Position numbers and translations under genes: made by a program. From Cyanophora paradoxa CCMP329 (taxonomy: Eukaryota > Plantae > Glaucophyta), in assembly GCA_004431415.1 (NCBI GenBank), contig QPMI01000652.1:19959-83958 (forward strand): a stretch of DNA of 64,000 nt, given 5' to 3'. The notes under the pieces were generated by a model. The model had not been told where the DNA came from and ran no database searches. It saw only the letters and a list, made by a program, of their open reading frames with translations. How positions within the stretch are numbered: position 1 is the stretch's first letter; every line of letters starts with the position of its first letter. Shown one piece after another: positions 11,885 to 22,444 of the stretch.

Positions 11885-12404
11885 CGTTCACGTTGATGAA
11901 CAGAGATTCATTTTGTGCACGTGACTCATGACATTGAACGCAATCAAAGATCCAGAAAATCCGAGCGACAGGGGGGTTGGCCGCCGTTGGCCGCCGGAGG
12001 GTTTCGGGTTTGAAAATCGCATTCGGAGCTCGAATCAGATCGCGAAGAGGAGCGCTTGCGCTCAACTCACGTCGCAGCCCCCGCAGTGGACGGCGCACGC
12101 GCCAGTGGTGCCACCGGGCCGGCGTAGCACGTGGATATATCAGTGGGAGTTCGACACGCGGTGGTCATATGCATCATCACGTGCGCGCGAGGCCCCGGGC
12201 CGGTGCACGTGCCCACACGCTCGAGATCCGGATCGATATCGCGATCGAGCTCAAGGTCGTGGGTACCGTAGTGCGTAAACGTTGACGGCGCCGCACCGGT
12301 ACCTGTACATGTTGGGATTCCCGCCTGGGATTCCCGATTGATGGGCGCACAAAACTGCGCTGGGCGGTGGGCGGCTCCTCACTCTAGCTCCTGCCACCCG
12401 CAGC

Positions 12405-12644
12405 ATGGACAACCGGAACGCCGGCCTCCCCTTCCACACCCTGATCACCACGACAGGCGACAAGATGTACGCCGTCGCCCCCCCGGGGGCGGCCGCGTCG
12501 ATGGAGCGACTTTGCCAGGATATCCTCTCCGACCCATTCATCGCCCGTGGCCTGCGGGCGCTCAACCTGCGCGTCGAATGCAAGCTGACCGTCTCGCCCT
12601 CGACGGGCGAGATCATCCTCGTCGCCACCGCCAAGCCGCTCTAA
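12405..12644 (+). CDS. 79-aa hypothetical protein
   Basis: Codon usage is GC3-rich and typical of coding sequence. Two GGGATTCCCG motifs lie upstream (12314, 12327). Confidence 0.55.
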   Translation: MDNRNAGLPFHTLITTTGDKMYAVAPPGAAASMERLCQDILSDPFIARGLRALNLRVECKLTVSPSTGEIILVATAKPL

Positions 12645-13186
12645 TTACGCAGATCTAGATCCTATAGCTAGATATGCATGCATATCTAGATCTCTAGATC
12701 TCTGTCCAGCGAGGCATATGCCTAGGTATGCAGGTACATGTTATAATCATAATTACAGTACAACGTTTCTGTTTGGCCCCGGCAACGATATATCGATAAC
12801 TGCAGGCGCTAGCTATAGCGCGTGTCACATATGCATGCACCGTTGATGATTCGATGATTCGATCTGAAGCTTATAATTACACACAAATTAAAACCTGAAA
12901 GCCGGGAACATGCATGCGTAAAAACCTCTGATCGTTGCCCGCGCAGAGGCCTCCTAGGACCGTCTACGTACCCGGCGCGGGGGCGCAGGGGTCAACGTTA
13001 GGACCGTCTACGTACCCGGCCCGGGGGCGCAGGGGTCCACGTTGGGAATCCCGGCGTCGACGCGGGGGTCGCGATCGGCCATGGCCATGGGAATCCCGGC
13101 GTCGGCAGACCGATAAAAGGGGTGGTCCATCGCACCATCCGTGCAGACTCCATTTTCGCAGAAAAGGGGCGTCAATCAGAGAAGCG

Positions 13187-13528
13187 ATGCCGCCGCGCAT
13201 GCGTACGCCCATCGCCCTCGCGGGCCCCGCGGCCGGCCCGCAGCTGAGCGAGATGCACGGCGCCGGCGCGACGGCGACGCGGGCTGAAGACGTAGAGGCG
13301 GTCTTTCTCGCAGGCGTCGACTACGAGACGCTCGAAGATCTGGTCGCAGTCGAGGCGTCGGTGACGTGGGAGCACATCGTGGAGCTTGGAGTCAGATTCA
13401 TCGAGGAAGACGACCGAGCCAACGCCGGCAACGTTGACGTGAACGGTGCCGACGTCGACGGCGACGGCGGGCTCGACGGTGATCATGAGGACGGGTCCGA
13501 AACGGACGCCATGTCGACGTCGCGTTAG
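13187..13528 (+). CDS. Acidic hypothetical protein (113 aa)
   Basis: Two GGGAATCCCG motifs (13044, 13089) and GATAAAA (13112) lie upstream. The C-terminus is D/E-rich. Confidence 0.55.
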   Translation: MPPRMRTPIALAGPAAGPQLSEMHGAGATATRAEDVEAVFLAGVDYETLEDLVAVEASVTWEHIVELGVRFIEEDDRANAGNVDVNGADVDGDGGLDGDHEDGSETDAMSTSR

Positions 13529-14041
13529 CTACATGTATACGTACAGAATGATAGAAACAACGTTTTAACAATAGCAATCGCGCGCGCGCGTGCACGTGGT
13601 ATGTATATATCGATTCCTTCAGTCATCGATATCGCGCTCGTGATATCGATGCGTCGACGTGCGCGTCGAAACCTGCCAGGCCTAGGCTGGCCTGGGTGCA
13701 TCGGTCGAGTCGGGCACGGGAAGGGGCGTCTATTCGATTTGCACGTGTGCGTGCGCGTATACGTAGACCTAGGCGCCGCAATAGCTTCGTGTGATGCAGG
13801 GTTTCACTTGGAGAAAATGCACGCGCCGCGCACGCGTACGGTAGATAATTGCGTTCGCGTACACCGGCGTCTCATGATCACTGGCCATGGAATACATGGA
13901 CATTGGAATTTGCGATAGTGGCAGGGCGTCACGTTTCGGTTCATTTCATGGTACACAAGTACTGTGATTAGAGCAGATCAAGCCACGAGCGATATCAACT
14001 TCAATGGAAACCACGGCTAACTATAAAGACACGCGCGAGGT

Positions 14042-14332
14042 CTACTCGAGACGGCCCCAGGTGCGTCGACGTCCCAGCAGCTGCACGAACCGCTGAAGGG
14101 AGGCGGCGGTCCGGCCGCGCGGCGCGCCGCTGTCGACCACGATATCGACGCCTTCTATCCATGAGGCGCCATAAAAGTCCGCTCCCTGCGGAATCTGAAG
14201 GTTGTTCCACGGGCGCCCGGTCGTGCCGAGCGCCGGCGGGCCATCGATGACAGAGACAGCCTCGACCTCGTTAGCGCGATCGGACTCGACGGACGGAGAA
14301 TGGCAAGGCGCCTCGAATGTGCACATGGCCAT
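14042..14332 (-). CDS. Hypothetical protein (96 aa)
   Basis: Minus-strand ATG at 14332 lies downstream of CGATAAA (14397-14403 reverse) and two CGGGATTCCCG motifs (14412, 14428). Confidence 0.45.
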   Translation of the reverse strand: MAMCTFEAPCHSPSVESDRANEVEAVSVIDGPPALGTTGRPWNNLQIPQGADFYGASWIEGVDIVVDSGAPRGRTAASLQRFVQLLGRRRTWGRLE

Positions 14333-14520
14333 GGCAACTGTCGAAAACGACGATAGAATGCCAATAAATGTCGGCCAAGGGCGCCCCGCAGCCCCGTTTA
14401 TCGAGCCGGGCCGGGATTCCCGGCGCCCGGGATTCCCGACGAGGATTAGAAAAAACGAAAGAGGGGTAGGGGAAGGAAGGCCTAGGGAGGGGGGGGGGGC
14501 CGGGGCGGAGGCGTTAATGG

Positions 14521-14682
14521 GGGCACACACGCCGTTGCCGGAATCGACCAGGCCGCCCCCTAGGCCTACCGCGCGCGAGCCGGTCGCGGTTGCTGCGAGC
14601 CGTGCGGGAGGACGGGCGAGCGAGGGCGGGCAGTGGAAAGGGGGCGAGAGAGGGGTACACGGGCCGTAGCCGGAATCGACCA
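14521..14682 (-). repeat. Two isolated, degenerate type-B core units
   Basis: GGGCACACACGCCGTTGCCGGAATCGACCAGG at 14521 and GGGGTACACGGGCCGTAGCCGGAATCGACCA at 14652, ~131 bp apart. Confidence 0.85.
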
Positions 14683-14763
14683 CGTACACGGCTACCAGCA
14701 ACGCGACGCGTCGACTTTGCATTTTTCATCCGCAGTTCGCCGCATTCATGTTCATATTGCATC

Positions 14764-15225
14764 TCACAAATGATACATCATGACATCGACGTTGAGACGG
14801 TCGCGGGCCCGAGGGTCGGCGCGGGCGACGGACGAGAGCAGCATGTCGACCGCGGCTTGGACCGCGTCCGCCTGGCGACTATAGCTACCCCCGCCGGTCC
14901 GGCCGCCGACGGGCTCGACCACGACGCAGACGCGCCCGCCCGTGAGCATGTACGTGGAGGCAAACTCGACGAGGGCGCGGCGGACCGCAGGCCCGCTCCC
15001 GCCGGGGCCCTCGACGGGAACGAGGAGGCCTCGCCAGCGGCGCTCTTCCACCCTGATAGCAACGATGACGGCCACGCCAAAGATGGCCCTGACGCGCGGT
15101 TCGAGCAGAGACCCCGCCCTGCGGACTATGTCGAGCGCGGGGACGGAAAATTGGACGGGGCGCCCCGTGGGGAGCTGTTCCGACACGCAGCGCGCGATCC
15201 GCCGGACCAGGTGCGAGGGCTCCAT
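14764..15225 (-). CDS. Hypothetical alpha/beta protein (153 aa)
   Basis: The C-terminal part of ORF 14764..16800 from MEPSHLV is globular-looking. Upstream are motif copies at 15341 and 15396 and a reverse TATAAAAA near 15468. Confidence 0.5.
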   Translation of the reverse strand: MEPSHLVRRIARCVSEQLPTGRPVQFSVPALDIVRRAGSLLEPRVRAIFGVAVIVAIRVEERRWRGLLVPVEGPGGSGPAVRRALVEFASTYMLTGGRVCVVVEPVGGRTGGGSYSRQADAVQAAVDMLLSSVARADPRARDRLNVDVMMYHL

Positions 15226-15596
15226 CGAACTCGAAAGAGCTTGCAAGCCGGCTACGTAAACGGCGAGCGATCGCGAGAAACGTTTACGAGAGCAATAGTG
15301 ACGAGGACGCCCGACCACGCGCCCGCGGCGCGGCGCGCCCCGGATTCCCGGGCCCTGAAGTTTTCGGCTTTTTCCCGCGAGGTTCAAGGCCCGATCGGGA
15401 ATCCCGGCCCCGCGCCCGCCCCCGGCCGGGCCTAGGCCTGTCAGCCAATAAGAACGGGCGATTCGCCTTTTTATATACCCTTGTTTGCGGTCGCCGCCGT
15501 TTTTAACGTTGGAGCTACCCGCAGGAATCGAGCCCGGATCATCGGATCTCGCGCGCGCTCGCACCCGCGCCGGCTGCAGCTGAGGAAGCGTTTGCA

Positions 15597-16220
15597 ATGG
15601 CGACGGCCGACGCCGACGGCGCCGCGCGCGCCGGCACCCGCGGCTGTAATCGCCGCGCCGACGGCGAGCCTTCCGGCATCGCCCTACGCTGCAGGCCGAG
15701 CGCCAGAGGGGGCGGGGCCGAGGGCGGGGGCGAGGGCGGGGGAGATCTAGAGGGCGAGGTCGTCCACGTCTGCTGCGGCCTCGCGAGGACGAGCGTGCTC
15801 CTGCAGACCCTCTCCGAGTGCTCCGACGGCGCCGCCGGCACCCCCGAGCGCCCGCTCGTCGTCGACGTCCCCTTTTCGCCGCGCTCCGTGCGGCGGATCG
15901 ACGCCGCCGCGCGGGGCGAGTGGCCCGGGACGGCCGCCTGCGATCTTGGCGCCTACTTTGAGATGCTGGACGTGCTCGCCTACTTCGACAGCGAGGCGCT
16001 CTCCGACGCGACCGCCAGGCGCGGGGGGGGGCGTGGCATCGCGCAAGGACGCTTTCAAGGAGCTCCTGCGCATCCTGGACGCTCGCTGGGCCCGGGAGCG
16101 CCGGCCGGGCCGCCGGCGGCGGGCGGCGCCGGCGCCGGAGCCGCGCGCGGCGGATCGAGATCGAGATCAAGAGGGGTCCTCCGAGGGGCCTCGGGGGGCG
16201 CCCGAAATGGACGCCGATGA
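15597..16220 (+). CDS. Skp1/BTB-POZ-like protein (probable frameshift at the G-run near 16025)
   Basis: VHVCCGLARTSVLLQTL...VDVPFSPRSVRRI...DLGAYFEMLDVLAYFDSEAL resembles the Skp1/BTB fold pattern. The alternative frame continues RKDAFKELLRILDARW. Confidence 0.5.
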   Translation: MATADADGAARAGTRGCNRRADGEPSGIALRCRPSARGGGAEGGGEGGGDLEGEVVHVCCGLARTSVLLQTLSECSDGAAGTPERPLVVDVPFSPRSVRRIDAAARGEWPGTAACDLGAYFEMLDVLAYFDSEALSDATARRGGGRGIAQGRFQGAPAHPGRSLGPGAPAGPPAAGGAGAGAARGGSRSRSRGVLRGASGGARNGRR

Positions 16221-16633
16221 GGGCGCCGACGGCGGGCCGAGCCGCTGTGGCGGCCTCGGGCTCGACGGCGACGTGCACGTGGGGAGCGGGCCCGGACCCG
16301 CCGCCCGTCCCCGCGATGGAAAATCGAAGCGAGCCCGCACGTCCACGGGTCCCGGAGATGAAGAGCACCGAGAATACCGAAGGGGCCACCGAGAAAACCG
16401 AGGGGACGAGGAGCGGTCCGCAGAGGAATCTAGGTCGGGCGCGGCCTCGACACGTGGCGAGCTCTCGGCGGCCCGGATTCCCTCGGCCGTACCCCCGCGC
16501 GGGGCGGCCGGGGCCGAGGAATTTCCTATATAAGGGATGGCGGCGCGCCTCGTTTGGCACTCGACCGCCGACGCTCACGTCCTCCCCCCGCGGCCGGCCC
16601 CCCTCTCCCGCACTCGCGATCGCACCCGACGAC

Positions 16634-16855
16634 ATGGAGAAGCTCGATCGCGCCCCGCGCACGCCCCGTCGCCCGACGACCAAGAGATGCCAGCACGCCA
16701 ACGTCTGCGAGACGGAAGAGAGCTCCGCGACGTGCATGGACTGCGGCGAAGTGGTGTCGACCCTTCCCCCCCTGGTGTCGTGCCCGTCGTACGAACTCAC
16801 GATGTGCTACGCGAATTCGGGGAGCCCCTTTGAATGCAGAGCTCGAGGCCTATAG
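16634..16855 (+). CDS. Small Zn-ribbon protein (TFIIB-type ribbon-like)
   Basis: CQHANVCETEESSATCMDCGEVV. TATATAA at 16527 and GGAATTTCC at 16518 lie upstream. Confidence 0.5.
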   Translation: MEKLDRAPRTPRRPTTKRCQHANVCETEESSATCMDCGEVVSTLPPLVSCPSYELTMCYANSGSPFECRARGL

Positions 16856-17166
16856 CCAGGGGGCCGCCGCGGGCCAAAGGCGTGCGCGAGCCGCCGAGCC
16901 GCCCGCGCGATGAGATCGTATGTTGTAATCACGTAGAATGCGTAACTACGTATACGGATCTAGATGTAGCTCCGGTAATTTGGGATTGTGACAGTTGCGA
17001 ATCGATTTCGTTTCGATCATTTGGAATTCGAGACGAAAAGGATCAAACTCGGGCCCGTAGCCCCCGGGCTTGCGGTCGACGGGAATCGCGCCCCCTTTCC
17101 GGCTATAAAGAGGGGCCGCCCCCGCCGGCGGTCTGACAGTCGAGGACCAACCAGGAGCCCGGGAGT

Positions 17167-17206
17167 ATGGCCCCTGCCGCACCCGCCCCGGCTTTTGCCG
17201 GCCCCA

Positions 17207-17239
<33 letters not shown>

Positions 17240-18138
17240 TCGATTCAAGCCTCGAGCTCGACGACCTCGACCTGGACATCGATCTCGACGATATCGACGG
17301 AGAGGTCGGCGGGCTCGAGCTCGCGCCCGAGGCGCAACGGGGCTGTACCCCCGCCGCCCCCGATCGCGAGCCCGAGCCAGGGGCGCCGCCGGCCGGCGGT
17401 GCGGGGGCACGGGGCGCCGGGCCCGCCCCCGTCCCGGGCGCTGGCGCCTTTGCCGTCGCCGCCCCCACCGGCGCCCAGCGCCCGAAACCAAAGCGGCCCC
17501 CCTCGCCGACGAGCCTCGCCCTCGAGGCGCGGCCGCGGCTGCTGGAGGAGCTCCGCTCCGCCTGCGAGCGGCTGAACCTGCCCCCCGCCGCCGCGACCGA
17601 GGCGCTGCGGCAGCTCAAGCTCCGGCCCGAACTCTTCAACGGGCGGCCCTACTCGCTCCTGGTCCTCGCGGCCCTCTACTCTGCGTGCACCTCGCTGCAC
17701 ATCCCGCGCCGGATCTGCGAGTTCGAGTCGGCCTGCCCCGAGGGCACGCGGCGCCGCGCCCTCGTCCGGTGCTACAGGGAGCTGCGCCGCAGGGTCCCCG
17801 GGGCGCCCGCCCCCGGGACCGACGGGGGCGTGGGGCCCGCCCACTACGTGCCCGGGCTGGCGGCCCGCCTCGGCTGCACCCGCGCCCAGACGGCCGACGC
17901 CCTCGCGCTGGCCGAGCGGTGGCACAGGGAGAGCAGGGCCCCCGAGCTCGGGATCCCGCAGATCCGCGCCGCCACCGTCGCCGCTGCGGCGGTGCTCCTC
18001 AGCCGCGGGCCGGGGGCCCCGCGGCTCAGCCCGCGGCACGCGGCCGCCGCCTGGGGCCTCGCCCCCACCCCGCTGTACACGGCGCTCCCCGTGGTCCGCG
18101 AGTTTCAGCGGCGGGCCTCGCGCCCGGCTGCGGGCTAA
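17167..18138 (+). CDS. TFIIB-like protein (two cyclin-fold repeats, acidic N-terminus, no Zn ribbon)
   Basis: Repeat 1: ELRSACERLNLP...GRPYSLLVLAALYSAC...IPRRICEF...LVRCYREL. Repeat 2: PAHYVPGLAARLG...ATVAAAAVLL. TATAAA near 17104. Confidence 0.8.
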
Positions 18139-18830
18139 GGCCCCGGCCCCGCCCCCGGTGCCTAGGCCTGACGCGGCGATTAGGGCACTTGCAGATCTAG
18201 TCTAGACCCACCGGTACCGTACCGCCCGCTGCGCTGGCCTGGCCGATGTGCCTTTCTCCACATCACCCGAGTCGCGCATTCCTCTCTCCTTCAAATTTGG
18301 ATTCTTCTGTTTGGAAATCACGATCGCGATTGAGGATGTATGCTGCACACGAACAAATATTAATACTATAGCCATTGGATAGGGCCGGGCGGGCGTGGGC
18401 GCGGAGGGGGGGGGTTCCCAATATATTGATTCGGGGTGCGATTTGAAATTTCCCGAGAGCGGTGGCGCGCAGGCACCCGCGCCGCACCGGCGCGCGAGGC
18501 GCCGCCCGGGTCTACCCCGCGGCCGGCTCCGGGCTCTTCCCGCGTGGCGACGGCCGGATTCGCACCCTGCTGCCTCGCGGCTCCCCGCCCGGGAGCCCAC
18601 CCGGCTCTCTCGGGCGCCGGCGCGGATGGAGAGCCTACCAGGGTACCCCCCGCCAGCCCCAGTCGAGCCCCGCGCTAGACGAGTCGCGAAAAACATGTAC
18701 ACCGATTCGCACAACCAATTAAGGGTACATTTATATATTTCGCACTGATCGTGAACATGAACCGTTGAATATGGTAAAGGCCACAACGAGCCCGCTAGCG
18801 CTGCCCCCGCACGGCCCTCGATCGACCCGA

Positions 18831-20552
18831 CTACTGAGCGCGGCCGCGGGTCGCGCGGCCGCTCCTGCGGCCCGAGGTCGACGCCTCCTCGCGCTCGGCG
18901 CGCTTGGCTTCGTTGCGGGCGCGGTGGAGCTCCTTCTCCTCCAGCTTCTTCTGCCGGCTGCGCTGCGCCGCCTCGGCCATCTCGGCCGCCGTCGGCGCCC
19001 GCACGACGACGGGCTCGACGGGAGCGGCGCGGTCGCTCGGGCCGGCGAGGGCGACCCCGCGGCGGCCCAGGGCGGCCCGCAGCCCCTCGGCGAGGTCCCG
19101 CCGCGCCCCGAGCGCCCGCAGCTCCTCTGGGGCCGCCGCCGCGCACATCGCCTCCAGGTACTCGCCCCCGACGCCGCGCCCGGCCGCCTGAAGGATGTGC
19201 TGGGCGGTGAAGCGGACGCCGACCGCGGCGGCCGCCTCGGGGATGCGGGGGTCCGTGCACGTGGAGCGGCATGCGACCCGCCTCGCCAGGGCGGCCCGTG
19301 GTAGGGCGCGGGCGGCCGCGTCGCCCATGGCCAGCTGCAGGCGGGCAAGGAGCGCGTCCTCCCCCTCCGGAAGGTCCTCTGGCACCGCCCGCCGCACCGC
19401 CGCCTCCTTAAGCTTCTTGCCGTCGACGGCGCCCGCGGCCGCCCGCCGCCTCACTCCTGCCAGGGGCGCGTTCCGTTCGGCCACGCGCTGACGCAGGGCC
19501 CTGATGCAGCTCGCGTGCGCGGGGTGAGGGCCGAAAAAGGCCTCCTTGGGCAGCGTGGGCCCGCCCTCAACAAACTCGCCGACGGGCGTCTCCCCCTCCC
19601 CGCGGGGAATGGCCACCGCGGCGAAGCGAATGTGTCCCATATCTGCATCCACCCCCGAGCAGATGTTGTAGACGTGGATGCTCACGTGAAGCGGGCGCCC
19701 CCCGTTCCACGCCGTCAGCTCGGCGGCAAGGCTCGTTTCGATCCAGCCGACGACCTCCTCGCTCTTCCGATCCGTCGCCTCGCCGTCGAGCGAGTCCCCC
19801 CCGCGGAGCGCCTCCATCCCGACGTCCAACGCCACCACGGCCCAGATCGAGAGCGGAGAGCCCGACCGCGATCCCGCGCCGAACAACGAGACGGAGCGAC
19901 CGCGGACGCGATCGCCGGCCCCAAAGGCGAAAAGCCCGAAGACGGTTACCTCGCCGCCGATCGCGAGCTGGGGGGCGGCCGGCGGCGGGGTGCGCGCAAG
20001 TGCAGGCGGCGCCGGCGCCACCCCTGCAGAGGCCGGCGCCGGCGCGGCAGGCAGCACCCGACCCTCAACGAGCCAGCCGCGGCTGACGTGCCCCGGCATC
20101 TCCAGGTGATGGATGCGGACGATGATTTTGGGGCCCGGCCGAGGAATGTAATTGACGACAAGGAGCATCGACCCGTCGGCATCGCGCGCCGTCGATCCGG
20201 AGGGGCTCAGGTACATGTCCCCCACGGCCTCGTAGCCGCCGCCGGGGACGAGCTGGGCCCCCATCTTCTCGACCACCTCCACCCGCAGACGCGTCCACTC
20301 CTCCTGGGCGCCAGCCGAGAGGCTCGTCCCCTTGATGACGGACGCAAAGTGCGACCGCACCATCGGCACGAGGACGGCAAAGCGCGCCGCCCCGCCCGAG
20401 CCATCGGCGACGGCGCCGGCCGCGCAGATCGTCCCGATGGCGCGGCTCGAGCCGACCTTGATCCACGCCTCTGCCCGGCGGACTCCGAAGAGGGCGCGCG
20501 CGGCGGCCGACGACGCGTCGACGGCGGCAAAGTTGGCGGACTCGGTCGACAT
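18831..20552 (-). CDS. Hypothetical protein (~573 aa) with C-terminal coiled-coil/basic tail
   Basis: Long intronless ORF from MSTESANF with globular-looking composition. Motif copies (20687, 20704) and a reverse TATA near 20721 lie upstream. Confidence 0.7.
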   Translation of the reverse strand: MSTESANFAAVDASSAAARALFGVRRAEAWIKVGSSRAIGTICAAGAVADGSGGAARFAVLVPMVRSHFASVIKGTSLSAGAQEEWTRLRVEVVEKMGAQLVPGGGYEAVGDMYLSPSGSTARDADGSMLLVVNYIPRPGPKIIVRIHHLEMPGHVSRGWLVEGRVLPAAPAPASAGVAPAPPALARTPPPAAPQLAIGGEVTVFGLFAFGAGDRVRGRSVSLFGAGSRSGSPLSIWAVVALDVGMEALRGGDSLDGEATDRKSEEVVGWIETSLAAELTAWNGGRPLHVSIHVYNICSGVDADMGHIRFAAVAIPRGEGETPVGEFVEGGPTLPKEAFFGPHPAHASCIRALRQRVAERNAPLAGVRRRAAAGAVDGKKLKEAAVRRAVPEDLPEGEDALLARLQLAMGDAAARALPRAALARRVACRSTCTDPRIPEAAAAVGVRFTAQHILQAAGRGVGGEYLEAMCAAAAPEELRALGARRDLAEGLRAALGRRGVALAGPSDRAAPVEPVVVRAPTAAEMAEAAQRSRQKKLEEKELHRARNEAKRAEREEASTSGRRSGRATRGRAQ

Positions 20553-21139
20553 GGCCCCTCTGCAAAAAGGGTTTACGGGTTCCGGCTGTAGGTGCTGCAG
20601 CTGTGGCTGCCGTCGTTGTCGACGTGTTTCGACCGCGCAAATGCGCCGAGCTCGGCCGCCTCTCTCCCTTTTGTCGACGCGGCAGACGGGAATCCCGGGC
20701 GCCGAGAATCCCGAGCGCCATTTTATATAATTATTCGAGCGCGCGCGCCGCCCTCCGGTATCGTCTACCCGTTGCGCCCGCGCGCCCATCGTGATCATCT
20801 ACCCTTGGTACCCTGTCCGGGATGCCCCAGCGCCCCCGCCTCTTCCTCTTCCCCCCGCAAGGCTTTGCATTGACACGGCGCAATTCGAATCCCGAATTCA
20901 TGTCTGATTTCTTTGCGCAATAGATCACTGATGCATATTTCATCGGCGAGAGCGATTTCGTCCGCGCCCGTCGCCGGCCGCGTCCGCTGCGGAGCGGCTG
21001 CGGCGGCCCCCGCTGCCGCCCCGGGCCTGCCGGCGCCCGGCCCCTCGTCCGCCGTCTTGCTTTGCCGGCGGCCGGGGCTGGGAGGCGGGGGAGCCGCTCG
21101 GCACCGTGCGGGCAGTTGCCGAGGCCTGCCGCAGCGCGG

Positions 21140-22395
21140 GCTCTCGGTGAGACGAGACGCGGGGCGCGGGGCGCAGGTGGGGGGAGGGGTGGGCGGGGGT
21201 ACGGACGGACCGGGACCCGCCCCTGATAGCCCGCCTGGTCGATTCCGGCTACGGCGCCTGTACCCCCTTCGACGGTCGCGGGGCCGAGTCCTGCCGCAGC
21301 GCGGGCTCTCTGTGAGACGAGACGCGGGGCGCGGGGCGCAGGTCGGGAGAGGGGAGGGCGGGGGTACGGACGGACCGGGCCCCGCCCCTGATAGCCCTCC
21401 TGGTCGATTCCGGCTACGGCGCCTGTACCCCTTCAACGGCCGCGGGGCCGAGTCCTGCGGGCGCGCTCTGTGAGACGAGACGCGGGGGCGCGGGGCGCAG
21501 GCGGGGGGAGGGGTAGGGCGGGGGTAAGGACGGACCGGGGCCTGTCCCTGATAGCCCGCCTGGTAGATTCCGGCTACGGCGCCTGTACCCCCTTCGACGG
21601 CCGCGGGGCCGAGTCCTGCCGGCGCGCTCTGTGAGACGAGACGCGGGGCGCGGGGCGCAGGTCGGGAGAGGGGAGGGCGGGGGTACGGACGGACCGGGCC
21701 CCGTCCCTGATAGCCCTCCTGGTCGATTCCGGCTACGGCGCCTGTACCCCCTTCGACGGCCGCGGGGCCGAGTCCTGCCGGCGCGCTCTGTGAGACGAGA
21801 CGCGGGGCGCGGGGCGCAGGTCGGGAGAGGGGAGGGCGGGGGTACGGACGGACCGGGCCCCGCCCCTGATAGCCCTCCTGGTCGATTCCGGCTACGGCGC
21901 CTGTACCCCCTTCGACGGCCGCGGGGCCGAGTCCTGCCGGCGCGCTCTGTGAGACGAGACGCGGGGGCGCGGGGCGCAGACGGGGGGAGGCGGAGGGGGG
22001 AAGCGAGGGGTACGGACGGACCGGGCCCGTCCCTGATAGCCCGCCTGGTCGATTCCGGCTACGGCGCCTGTACCCCTTCCACGGCCGCGGGGCCGAGTCC
22101 TGCGGGCTCTCTGTGAGACGAGACGCGGGGCGCGGGGTGCAGGTTGGGGGATGGAGAGGGCGGGGGGTACGGACGGGCCGGGCCCCGTCGCTGATAGCCC
22201 TCCTGGTCGATTCCGGCTACGGCGCCTGTACCCCCGTCGACGGCCGCGGGGCCGAGTCCTGCGGGCTCTCTGTGAGACGAGACTCGGGGCGCGGGGTGCA
22301 GGTTGGGGGATGGAGAGGGCGGGGGTACGGACGGACCGGGCCCCGCCCCTGATAGCCCTCCTGGTCGATTCCGGCTACGGCGCCTGTACCCCCGT
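21140..22395 (+). repeat. Array 2, type-A half: 8 units of ~160 bp
   Basis: Same core near 21234, 21400, 21560, 21720, 21879, 22045, 22203 and 22361. Confidence 0.95.
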
Positions 22396-22444
22396 CGACG
22401 GCCGCGGGGGCCGAGTCCTGCGTGCCTGCGTGCCGCGGGCGCCG

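Larger units (their letters stand above)
10521..20713. promoter_or_regulatory. Recurrent pseudo-palindromic motif (C/T)GGGAWTCCCG, usually paired, upstream of small ORFs
   Basis: Copies at 11294, 11338, 12313, 12326, 13043, 13088, 14412, 14428, 15396 and 20687. Variants at 10521, 15341 and 20704. Often next to TATA or GATAAAA. Confidence 0.65.

Noticed and set aside
14764-16800. 678-aa minus-strand ORF as a single protein
   Set aside because: The N-terminal ~520 aa is antisense shadow of the Skp1-like and Zn-ribbon ORFs; only 14764-15225 looks coding.
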